Of a stretch of DNA of 54,892 bases, positions 46,108 to 54,800 are shown piece by piece. The first letter of the stretch is position 1. Each line of letters opens with the position of its first letter. Origin of the DNA: Fibrobacterota bacterium (lineage in GTDB: Bacteria; Fibrobacterota; Fibrobacteria; UBA11236); contig JAYUVP010000117.1 in assembly GCA_043753995.1 (NCBI GenBank), positions 1 through 54,892 on the forward strand, written 5' to 3'. The notes below the pieces were generated by a model. It worked only from the letters and a program-made list of their open reading frames with translations, made no database searches and had not been told where the DNA came from. The translations under genes and the position numbers were made by a program.

Positions 46108-46671
46108 ATGAATTTGTCGCAAGCGGTTCGAATCGTCGCGATCTTGAACTTCACCTATTTCTTCATCGAATTTGCAATTGGCCTGAAGATTGGATCGGTT
46201 TCGCTTTTCGCCGACAGTATTGATTTTCTTGAAGATACCCTAGTCAATATCCTGGTTTTAATCGCTTTGGGTTGGAGCGCGAAAAAGCGCGCATACGTCG
46301 GAATGTTTTTGGCATTCCTTTTACTGGTTCCTGGAATAGCCTTCCTCTGGACTGCATGGAACAAAATTCAAATGCCCATTCCGCCTTCTCCTCTTCCCCT
46401 GTCCCTGACCGGTTTAGGGGCCATGGCCGTGAATTTTTCTTGCGCCATGATTCTTATTCGCTTCCGCGAACATGGCGGAAGTTTATCCAAGGCTGCGTTT
46501 TTATCCGCGCGGAATGATGTGCTGGCGAATATCGCCATTGTCTTGGCGGGGCTTATAACCGTTTTTCTGCCTACCATTTGGCCGGATTTATTGGTGGGTC
46601 TCGCCATCGCAGCTATGAATGTGGATGCAGCGCACGATGTATGGAAAGCGGCCCGGCGAGAAAGGGGATAG
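46108..46671 (+). CDS. short CDF-type cation (Co/Zn/Cd) efflux membrane protein
   Basis: LN..YF.IEF, SVSLFADSIDFLED, AAFLSARND..AN, WPDL.VG. Confidence 0.88.
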   Translation: MNLSQAVRIVAILNFTYFFIEFAIGLKIGSVSLFADSIDFLEDTLVNILVLIALGWSAKKRAYVGMFLAFLLLVPGIAFLWTAWNKIQMPIPPSPLPLSLTGLGAMAVNFSCAMILIRFREHGGSLSKAAFLSARNDVLANIAIVLAGLITVFLPTIWPDLLVGLAIAAMNVDAAHDVWKAARRERG

Positions 46672-46695
46672 ACTCGCCTGCCACTCATGGATTCC

Positions 46696-47931
46696 TCACC
46701 AAGCCCACTTCGCCGACGCACCCAGGGTATAGCCCTCGGGATGAACGCCAGACTCTTGTGACCTTTGCCAAAAGCGGCTGAGAAAGCCGCTCAAACCCAA
46801 AACGCGATCCCCGATGGGATGGCTCCAGCCGAGTTCGCCCGTGACCGTTTCTTGAGTCAGTCCCGCCAAGCGATAGTCTCCGCTGCGATACCCTTCGACC
46901 TTTGTGTAATGATGTTGCCAGAATTCCGCGGCGTCTTGCGAGGCATGGCGATGGCGCAAGGTGAGCAAAAAGCCATCGACGAATTGCCAACGCAAGGCGG
47001 TTTCGGGAATCCAGGCATGAAAATTCCAACTGTCATAATATGCCCCTTCACGATGATGCAAAGCCAAACCGCTCCAAAGAGAAAAGGACCATTCCAGCAC
47101 CGCACTGTGACGCCAGCGAGTGTCGGGGAGATTTTCGGTGAATTGCGTAGTGATGACCGTCGATCGCCGATAAGGGCTTTCCAAAGTGCCGGCCTGCACG
47201 GCAAGTCCATAAGTCGCCGAGACGACGCTGCGCCGTCCCATCACCTGAGAAATACCGAAACCGGCAAGATACCTTTGCTGGTTGGCGGGCCAGCGATCTT
47301 GCTCTCCCGGGGGAGGGACATGGGGTTCAATGCGATCCTGGCCGAAACCCAAATGCCCGGAAAGCATAAGGTTGCGCTGCCGCAACTCCACCGCAGCGTC
47401 CGCGATGCCGGTCATGGAGAAGTAATCATCCTCATGGGAAATACTGACCCGACCGCCCAAGCGATGGGGCTTATCGCCATGCCCGATTTGCCGAGCCAAT
47501 CCAACGCTGCCTTCATAGCGATGCTGCACCAAACCGCCATCTACGCTGGAAGCCCGCTGCGAAGCCCCGCTCACCGCATCGCTCCCGTTGGCTAAATCGG
47601 ATGAAGTCATGTCTACTTCATCGGGGTCGTCAGATGCGCCCACCGCGCGCTTGGCGGCATGCACATGGCCACCGCCCGTAGATCCATCGGGGGAGGGCAT
47701 CATCTCAATGCGATCCCAAAGTATATCGGCGATGAAAAGCCAATTCGGGGCGAGGCCCTGTTCCAGACCGACATTCGAAGTCAGCACCTGCATGCCACCG
47801 TGATCGCGATAGTGAAAGAGATCGAAATACGAACTACCGCCCGCTATGGACAAGGCCCTAGCGGTTAGCACCACCACGGTGGCGCGTCGTCCTGAGGCAT
47901 GCAGTAAATGGACCCACGCGCCAAGCCGCAT
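46696..47931 (-). CDS. DUF3570 family outer-membrane protein
   Basis: DAVSGAS, S.E.DY.S, G.L..PYR, E.LPD.R.R, YYDSW..A, D.RLA; start ATG 47931 overlaps the upstream TAA (TAATG). Confidence 0.82.
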   Translation of the reverse strand: MRLGAWVHLLHASGRRATVVVLTARALSIAGGSSYFDLFHYRDHGGMQVLTSNVGLEQGLAPNWLFIADILWDRIEMMPSPDGSTGGGHVHAAKRAVGASDDPDEVDMTSSDLANGSDAVSGASQRASSVDGGLVQHRYEGSVGLARQIGHGDKPHRLGGRVSISHEDDYFSMTGIADAAVELRQRNLMLSGHLGFGQDRIEPHVPPPGEQDRWPANQQRYLAGFGISQVMGRRSVVSATYGLAVQAGTLESPYRRSTVITTQFTENLPDTRWRHSAVLEWSFSLWSGLALHHREGAYYDSWNFHAWIPETALRWQFVDGFLLTLRHRHASQDAAEFWQHHYTKVEGYRSGDYRLAGLTQETVTGELGWSHPIGDRVLGLSGFLSRFWQRSQESGVHPEGYTLGASAKWAW

Positions 47932-49340
47932 TATTTCACCGGACCCGCAGGATGCGACGGGCCTACTTCGCTGCCCCAAGTTGCCAAAGTAGATGGACCC
48001 GTAACTACCAGTATTGTTTTGACGACTTTCCCTGTACCCACTTCAATCACCGTCACGGTATTGTCGAGATTATCTCCTTCGATCAGCCACTTACCGTCGC
48101 CAGTCAAGGTTTCGGGATGATGACCGCGGCTCTTGCCCACGGTGAGAGACGGCAATTGGATGGGGTTTTTCGGATCGCTGATATCGAAGACATGGCGTTG
48201 GCTGGAATAGCCTGCCGTGTCGCTATTGCCGCCCAAGACATAAATGCGATTCACCGAAGCCATCACGGTCATATGATCAAGGCCAGTATTCTTATGGACC
48301 TTGGGCAAACTGTCCTTGCAAGCGGATCCGGTTAGCAATACCGGAATCTGGTTCACCACACTGTCCAAACCGCCGTCAATCACGACGATTTGTCCCACTT
48401 GGCAAACCGCGCCGGGATGGGTGGCACTGCCTTCGCGAGGACTATTCTGCACGCTATAGACATAGTTGGTGCCAGCCAAAGCCTTGGTATAACCTCCACC
48501 TTTGCCGTGGGTATTCAGCAATTTGGCCTTAGGTGCGGCGGCATCTTGATCGATGCTCAAGATTTTGCCAATGCCGGTAAGACTGTGATACCCGCGTCCC
48601 GAAACCGGTGCCGTGGCCGCACCATGCGGAGAAAGTGAAACGCCTCCCGTGCCGCAGGTTTTTTCTATCGACGATCCGTCAAAGCCCAAGTCCAGCGAAG
48701 AAATATTGGCGACCTCGACGATATTCGCCGCATCACTGAAGTCGAGCACTTTAATCACTTCGGCGCAATCGCCTATATCCGATATCGAGACGCGCGCCTT
48801 GGTTTTGCTGAAGGCCGCCTTGTGATGGCCTATGCCGAGTGGGGCTTCACCGACATATTGCAAATACTTGTCACTACCCGGTTGGATGTCGATGAATAAG
48901 GCTCCATTGGTGGGCTTGGTGCCGCTACCGTCAAGCAAGGAAACGAAATATTGTTTGCCATTCAGAGGCGTCGTCAAAAAACCATGGGTGGGCTTGAGAC
49001 CGCCATTTTTGGGGGTGATGCGACTTTTTTCCAGCATGTCCTTGCCGTTAAAAACAATCACCTGATGTTTGGTGCCGCTATTGACGATCAGGGTCCCGTC
49101 CTCCAAAGCCGACATATCGGTCAAGCCGCCCACATCGGGGATTTCGCCGGCTTTTTGCTCGCCCGTAGTCAAATCATAAGCAGCAATTTTCGATGCGCCG
49201 CCCACATAAAGGGTGAGATGGGTATGGCTGGAATGATAGTGTCCTTCGTCGTCGTGGGCGTCGTTCATGCAGCCATAAAAACCAAGCGCTAGGATTGCAG
49301 CCACACCACCCGGCAATAAATAAAAACGAGATAATTTCAT
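47931..49340 (-). CDS. His-rich YncE/AztD-like beta-propeller lipoprotein
   Basis: Lipobox FYGC followed by AHDDEGHYHSSHTH; blade repeats (PTHG, GHH, SPHG, DNTVTVI.V.TGKVV.TI.V..GP); AGAGG SD. Confidence 0.75.
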   Translation of the reverse strand: MKLSRFYLLPGGVAAILALGFYGCMNDAHDDEGHYHSSHTHLTLYVGGASKIAAYDLTTGEQKAGEIPDVGGLTDMSALEDGTLIVNSGTKHQVIVFNGKDMLEKSRITPKNGGLKPTHGFLTTPLNGKQYFVSLLDGSGTKPTNGALFIDIQPGSDKYLQYVGEAPLGIGHHKAAFSKTKARVSISDIGDCAEVIKVLDFSDAANIVEVANISSLDLGFDGSSIEKTCGTGGVSLSPHGAATAPVSGRGYHSLTGIGKILSIDQDAAAPKAKLLNTHGKGGGYTKALAGTNYVYSVQNSPREGSATHPGAVCQVGQIVVIDGGLDSVVNQIPVLLTGSACKDSLPKVHKNTGLDHMTVMASVNRIYVLGGNSDTAGYSSQRHVFDISDPKNPIQLPSLTVGKSRGHHPETLTGDGKWLIEGDNLDNTVTVIEVGTGKVVKTILVVTGPSTLATWGSEVGPSHPAGPVK

Positions 49341-49363
49341 ATTAAACCTCTTGCGAATAGGGG

Positions 49364-49624
49364 TTAGTTCACGCATCCGCAGCCTCCACCGGGAGCACTG
49401 GCGGGAAGGTGTGAACCCGTCATGGTTTGAAAAACCTTGTCTTCATAGGATCGCAGCGATCTCGATCCCGCGAAAGGCGATTCCATGCAGGGCTGGGCAA
49501 GTCTCCCGCGCTCCGCAGGCTTTACCGTGGCGCAATGCATAAGCATGAAGCCGGCGGAAATCGGCAGAGCCAGGAATACGAATCGGGAAACGGCTTTCAC
49601 CGCACCCACCAGGGTAACGCGCAT
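49364..49624 (-). CDS. DUF4266 family small lipoprotein
   Basis: C.TVKP.ERG.LA..CM and terminal GGGCGC; GGAGG SD. Confidence 0.88.
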   Translation of the reverse strand: MRVTLVGAVKAVSRFVFLALPISAGFMLMHCATVKPAERGRLAQPCMESPFAGSRSLRSYEDKVFQTMTGSHLPASAPGGGCGCVN

Positions 49625-49747
49625 GGGACCTCCGCCACGGCCTAGGCCGGGGCAGACAGGGTTGAAAATGGGAAACGAATATTAAGGGCTCCGGAGCCCT
49701 CATGCCGTAGCAAAAACGGCAAATCGGCTTTGTAAAGCCGCGAGGAA

Positions 49748-50275
49748 TTAAGCCAAGAAAATGGGAACTTTGTCGGGCGCTTCGGGGCTAAAGCCCGCCC
49801 AACGCGACGAGGCGATTTCGTATTGCGCGGCCTGGCTTTCCCAAAGCATCGGGGCTTCGGTAAGACACAAGGCGTGCAGGGGCAGGCCGCCCATTTCCCA
49901 AGCAAAGTCTGCTTCGGAGCTACAGGCGCGATAGCAAGTCTCGCCCTTAAGTAAATCCGCCTTGGCTTCCGAATCTGCTTCGTGGTGACCGTGACTCTCC
50001 ACCACTTCCGGCGGACAATGGCAATTCGGCGGACAAGCCATTTCGGTATGATGCATGCAATGCCGCACCTGCTCGGCAGGCATTTCAATACGCGAGGCGG
50101 CTAAAGCTGTCTCTTTATCACGATGCGCATCGCGCCAGCTTTGAACCAAGGGTAAAACAGCTTGAAATACCAGCCAGGCATAGGCCACAAGCGCTACCGC
50201 ACTCAGGGTGCCGGAGCGTTGCCGCTGTAGGTAAAATCCACCCGAGGGGGAGTTCAAGACCAAAGGCCATCTCAT
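49748..50275 (-). CDS. Cys/His-rich membrane-anchored leader protein ending PDKVP
   Basis: TM with VAYAW; HCMHH, CPPNCHC, HGHH, CYRAC; ends PEAPDKVPIFLA; first gene before DUF4266. Confidence 0.72.
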   Translation of the reverse strand: MRWPLVLNSPSGGFYLQRQRSGTLSAVALVAYAWLVFQAVLPLVQSWRDAHRDKETALAASRIEMPAEQVRHCMHHTEMACPPNCHCPPEVVESHGHHEADSEAKADLLKGETCYRACSSEADFAWEMGGLPLHALCLTEAPMLWESQAAQYEIASSRWAGFSPEAPDKVPIFLA

Positions 50276-50402
50276 ACTGAAGTCAATCTAAGGCCAAGTT
50301 CACCTGGAAAACTGTATTGAATTAAAGCCAAAAGGTCACTGCCCTGAGGCGACCTGTCAAGCTGCCCCTCACTTTCGCGGGATAGTGGTAAGTTAAAGCC
50401 TT

Positions 50403-52298
50403 ATGTCGGCCAAGTTTCCCAAATCCAATTCCCGCTTATCCTTGGCCCTTAGCCTCGTTGCTCTGGCAGGCCTCAGCGCCTGCATGCGCGACACCATCAC
50501 CGGACCCACCGGGCCACGCTATTTCACCCGCGACACCCAGGGCTTGCCCGAAGCGCATGCCATGAAAATCCGCGAGGTAGGGTCAGGCGATTCCCTGAGG
50601 CTAGAAGCCGGACCCGCGAAGAAAAACATCAAGGGCATTGAAACTCGACTCCTGGTTTATGGCGGCAGCTTTCCCGGTCCCATCTTGCGGGTCAAGCAGG
50701 GCAGCCGCATCACTCTCAATCTTGTCAATCATACCGGAGCGCCCACCACCTTGCATCCCCATGGATTACGTCTCGATTATCGATTCGACGGCGTGCCCAA
50801 TTACACGCAAGCGCCTATCGCTCCCGGCGATTCCTTTGTTTATCAACTCGACTTTCCCGATCCGGGACTCTTTTGGTATCACCCGCATGTGCGTGGCGAT
50901 TATCAAGGCGATCTCGGACTCTATGGTGCCATCTGGGTCATTCCCAAGGACTCGGCTTATTGGGGCGGGTCGGTCGATCAGGAGCAAATCCTCATCCTCG
51001 ACGACATGCTGCTCGACAGCGGCGGCATCGCTCCTTATCCAACGGAGGGGTCCGATCATTCCCTCATGGGTCGCTTCGGCAATACCTTGCTTATCAACGG
51101 TGAAACCGACTTTCGCCTGCAGGGAAAACATTTCGAACGCGTCCGCTTTTTCATACTCAATGCCGCCAATGTGCGGGCTTTCAATTTCAGTTTAAGCAGT
51201 GCCTTGATGCGAGTCATCGGATCGGATTGCGGACGTGCCCATAGCATCAGCTTAGCTAACTCCATACTCATCACTCCCGCCGAGCGCAGTGTCGTCGAAG
51301 TCCTTTTTCTTTCTCGCGACGAATATCTCATCGAGCATCAGAGCCCGGTGAAATACCTGACCACCGGCCCCTATTATGCACCCTATGGATCGGCCACTGC
51401 CCCCTTTCCCGAAAATTATCCCGTCATGGGCCGCATTCTCATCGATGCCGATTCCGCCAAATCAGGTCATAACCGTGATTTTTATGACTATCAAAATTTC
51501 TCGAATTTCCTCCACGACTATCCCGTCACGAATTATCAGCAAATCGATTCCGCCATTCAGCAAAATCCGGACTTCACCATGGAATTATCCATTGCCATGG
51601 ACCACAGCACCTTGCCCATGTCCATGATGCCGACGCCCGTTCAGGACACCGTCGCCCCAACCCCATTCCCTCAATCGCCCACCGCTTTCCATGATGCTCA
51701 AGTTCCAGGGGGTAACCCCAAGGTGGCCCCCTATTTTATGCCCTATGTCCCACGTGATTCCCTGGGCCGCCCCATAGCCGCGGGATCCATAGGCGAAGTG
51801 ACGCCCTTGGGCATTCGCCGCGTCGCGGCGCAGGCCAAGACCCATCATCATGGCAGTGCGCCCGCTCTCGCCAAGGCCGCGCATAATGATCCTTTCGGAC
51901 AAGGCATCGATTGGTATGACGATATGCCCGAAATGAATGCCGCCAGTAATACCGGCAATGTCCGCTGGATCATGCGCGACTTTCAAACCGGCCTCGAAAA
52001 CATGTCGGTGCGGTGGCGATTGCGCCAGGGCCGATATTATCACGTACGCATTTGGAATATCGCCGATCATATGCACCCCATGGCTCACTTCATTCACTTC
52101 CACGGACAACGCTCCCTATTGCTCGGAACCAATGGCGTGCCCGAAGCCTCCCTGGCTTGGAAAGACACCTTTCTCGTCGGCATGGGCAAGGTCGTGGATA
52201 TTTTAATAGAAGCCAGCAATCCCGGTGATTGGATGGCCCATTGCCACATCGCCGAGCATGCCGAAGCCAGCATGATGACTTATTTCCGGGTGGACTGA
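50403..52298 (+). CDS. multicopper oxidase, lipoprotein
   Basis: All four Cu motifs (HPHG, WYHPH, HFIHFHG, HCHIAEHAEASM); lipobox LSAC. Confidence 0.95.
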   Translation: MSAKFPKSNSRLSLALSLVALAGLSACMRDTITGPTGPRYFTRDTQGLPEAHAMKIREVGSGDSLRLEAGPAKKNIKGIETRLLVYGGSFPGPILRVKQGSRITLNLVNHTGAPTTLHPHGLRLDYRFDGVPNYTQAPIAPGDSFVYQLDFPDPGLFWYHPHVRGDYQGDLGLYGAIWVIPKDSAYWGGSVDQEQILILDDMLLDSGGIAPYPTEGSDHSLMGRFGNTLLINGETDFRLQGKHFERVRFFILNAANVRAFNFSLSSALMRVIGSDCGRAHSISLANSILITPAERSVVEVLFLSRDEYLIEHQSPVKYLTTGPYYAPYGSATAPFPENYPVMGRILIDADSAKSGHNRDFYDYQNFSNFLHDYPVTNYQQIDSAIQQNPDFTMELSIAMDHSTLPMSMMPTPVQDTVAPTPFPQSPTAFHDAQVPGGNPKVAPYFMPYVPRDSLGRPIAAGSIGEVTPLGIRRVAAQAKTHHHGSAPALAKAAHNDPFGQGIDWYDDMPEMNAASNTGNVRWIMRDFQTGLENMSVRWRLRQGRYYHVRIWNIADHMHPMAHFIHFHGQRSLLLGTNGVPEASLAWKDTFLVGMGKVVDILIEASNPGDWMAHCHIAEHAEASMMTYFRVD

Positions 52299-52400
52299 TT
52301 CCACCGATTTCCTCGCGCGCGCGAGTTACTTTTCACCGGCTCTATTTCGTCTTAGCCTACTCGACCCCTTTGTTTTCTTGATACTTAAGGATGATTACCC

Positions 52401-53036
52401 ATGGGACTTTTTTCGCGTTACACGACTCTTCGTTTCATCCTCGGCATGGGCCTGCTCTTTGTAATCAGCACGCCAATCCAAGCTCAAGCCCTTTCCCATT
52501 TTCTCAAAAACCCACCGGAAGGCGCGCCCAGCCGCTTTGCCACCAATGCCCTCGTCACCGGCCTCAGCTATCATCCTGACGGCGGAGAAAACGAAGGCTA
52601 TCCCCGCCAACTGGACGATGAAGCCTATTGGGTGCTTTTGCTCGGAGGCCAACTCGATGGCGATATGTATTTGCATCGCTACCTTCTCTTGCGCGCCTCA
52701 CTCTCGGTCTATCGCGATTGCGCCGATGTCTGGAGCGGCTTCTATCATCTCGGCCCGCGCCTAAATTTGCCCATAGGCCCCCGCTTCACCTTTCGCATCG
52801 GCATCGGACCCACCTTACTCTGGCGACAAAACTGGCTCGGCGTGGTGAAGGGCTATACCAAGGACAGCTTTTACGGCAAAGCCACGAATGGCGACTATCA
52901 AACCAAATTCATTTGGTATGGCGGCGACCTCGATTTCGAATGGAAGCTGACTCCAAAGCTAAGCCTCATCTATGCCAATATTCCCGGATGGCCCGAAGTC
53001 ATTACCAGCAGTATCGGCGTGCGCTTCACTCATTAA
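52401..53036 (+). CDS. hypothetical exported or outer-membrane beta-strand protein
   Basis: Signal peptide (AQA); amphipathic strands; terminal IGVRF; AAGGA SD. Confidence 0.75.
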   Translation: MGLFSRYTTLRFILGMGLLFVISTPIQAQALSHFLKNPPEGAPSRFATNALVTGLSYHPDGGENEGYPRQLDDEAYWVLLLGGQLDGDMYLHRYLLLRASLSVYRDCADVWSGFYHLGPRLNLPIGPRFTFRIGIGPTLLWRQNWLGVVKGYTKDSFYGKATNGDYQTKFIWYGGDLDFEWKLTPKLSLIYANIPGWPEVITSSIGVRFTH

Positions 53037-53055
53037 ACTGCGCCCTCCCGAATGC

Positions 53056-54333
53056 TCAAGGCGCATCCAAGGGGCTGATCACTCGCCCCGATAATGCCTG
53101 CAGGGCATGGGTATAAATCATGGTCGTCGAAACATCTTCATGCCCCAACATTTCCTGCACGGTGCGAATATCATAGCCCATTTGCAATAGGTGAGTGGCA
53201 TAGCTATGCCTCAGGGTATGAGCCGAAACGCGCTTGGTGATTTCGCTCAGCCCAACAGCTCTTTTAATTTCTTTTTGTATGCTGCTCTCGTGGAGATGAA
53301 AACGCCGCATCTTCCCATCCTCTTCTGTCTTGACCAACTTCACCGACGGGAATACCCATTGCCATGGCCACTCCTTGGCTGCACTTACATACTTCCTCGA
53401 TAGAGCCGGCGCCAGCAAAACCCCTTCAAAGCCCGCACGACAATCCGCTTCATACAATCGCCGTAATCGCCCAAATTGCTCGGTCAATAAAGGCAACAAG
53501 GTTTTCGGAAGCGGGAGGCTGCGACTTTTATTTCCCTTTCCATTAAACACTTTCAATCCTCCCCCAGCCAAATCAATATCCTGAATCCTCAAGGTCAAAG
53601 TCTCATTCAGTCTCAATCCGCACCCATACATCAACTGAGTAAAGAGCCGGAACGTAGGGTCCACCTTGGATAGCAAAAGCTGGACTTCACCACGACTCAA
53701 GACGCTAGGAACCTCATGCCGCCGCTTCGCCCGCGCCGTTTGCTTTAATCCCTCGAAATCACCCCCCAACACATGGGTGTAAAAAAACAGCAAGGCGCTG
53801 AAGGCCTGATTTTGCGAAGATGCCGAAACGCCTTGCTCAGTCGCCAGGTGCACCAAAAAATCCTGCGCATCCCCAGCGACCAAATCCCCCAATTCCCGAT
53901 AATCCAAATACCTTCCAAACCAAGCCACCCAATACCGATAACTCTTCAACGTCTTGGGTGAATAATGTCGCAGTTGAATTTCCTCCGTCAATTTCGACAT
54001 TGCTTCAACCCAATTCTTGGGGCACAGAATCTTCAACTCGCGAGACGGGCTTTCCACAGCAACCTCATTGAGGCCCTCCACTTCTTCTCCCAAGCTCTTC
54101 CAATAAAAAAAGATCGCTCTCCCCGCCTGCCCCCTAAGAAAATCCGTCTTCCTGGACTTTCTTAATTCATCTAAGAAAAAATCCATCGAGACTCTTTCCC
54201 TTATACCCAATCCAGCACCACGGCAAAAATCAATATACCGATTCACCCAATTGATATAATAGGACTGCTCCGTTGCTCCCTTCACCCCATGACGACTTAA
54301 AACCTCCCCATACTCCACCCGACCCTCTTCCAT
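53056..54333 (-). CDS. intI: integron integrase, long form
   Basis: Tyrosine-recombinase residues (YGCGLR, GKG.K, HTLRH, LGH, TMIY) plus the integron-specific insert ALSRKY...EWPWQWVFPS and RRFH; start uncertain (ATG 54333 or TTG 54435). Confidence 0.95.
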   Translation of the reverse strand: MEEGRVEYGEVLSRHGVKGATEQSYYINWVNRYIDFCRGAGLGIRERVSMDFFLDELRKSRKTDFLRGQAGRAIFFYWKSLGEEVEGLNEVAVESPSRELKILCPKNWVEAMSKLTEEIQLRHYSPKTLKSYRYWVAWFGRYLDYRELGDLVAGDAQDFLVHLATEQGVSASSQNQAFSALLFFYTHVLGGDFEGLKQTARAKRRHEVPSVLSRGEVQLLLSKVDPTFRLFTQLMYGCGLRLNETLTLRIQDIDLAGGGLKVFNGKGNKSRSLPLPKTLLPLLTEQFGRLRRLYEADCRAGFEGVLLAPALSRKYVSAAKEWPWQWVFPSVKLVKTEEDGKMRRFHLHESSIQKEIKRAVGLSEITKRVSAHTLRHSYATHLLQMGYDIRTVQEMLGHEDVSTTMIYTHALQALSGRVISPLDAP

Positions 54334-54780
54334 CACCGAAGCCTGCGCCAAAATCGCCGGCCTTCCCCCTCGTTTCTTCCTACCCCAATACACCGATTTG
54401 ACTATTACCACAAGCCCCTCCGTCTTTGCTTTCAAAGTTCAAAATCAATCAAGGCAGATTTTGTCCCTTTTGTTGTGACGGCCAACACCCATTCCCGACC
54501 AAATACCCATTGGGATATTCATTTCGATCCCAACCGAACCCGCTAACACCCTCTCCACCTATCAAAAACAGCGGAATTCTATGCTTTCAGTGAATGAGGG
54601 ACGCCTCGCCTAAAGACGGGACACCCCGAGACCAAGCTCACCACGAAGTCTATGGTTAGATTTTATCACGGAGCTCGCACCAATCAGTTTATCCCAATAT
54701 GACGAATCTCATCCTGACAAAACAGAATCAACCCCGCGTTTTTAAGCAATTCACAACCCACCCATTTTGGCATAGGTTCC

Positions 54781-54800
54781 GGTGAATGAGATCGTTATGA
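54781..54800 (+). other. attI candidate (G/TT crossover at 54794/54795)
   Basis: GGTGAAT-N6-GTTATGA upstream of and divergent from intI; an ORF starts at ATG 54797 and stays open to the window end. Confidence 0.45.

Noticed and set aside
46765..47595. 276-aa plus-strand ORF
   Set aside because: Antisense to DUF3570; typical GC-rich shadow frame
54655..54661. GTTAGAT as the attI core
   Set aside because: Fits GTTRRRY but has no plausible L box and no cassette-like ORF directly after it; ranked below 54794 but not excluded
54436..54780. LexA (CTGT-N8-ACAG) box in the intI promoter
   Set aside because: No such motif seen; the LexA box of this lineage is unknown to me, so SOS control cannot be judged
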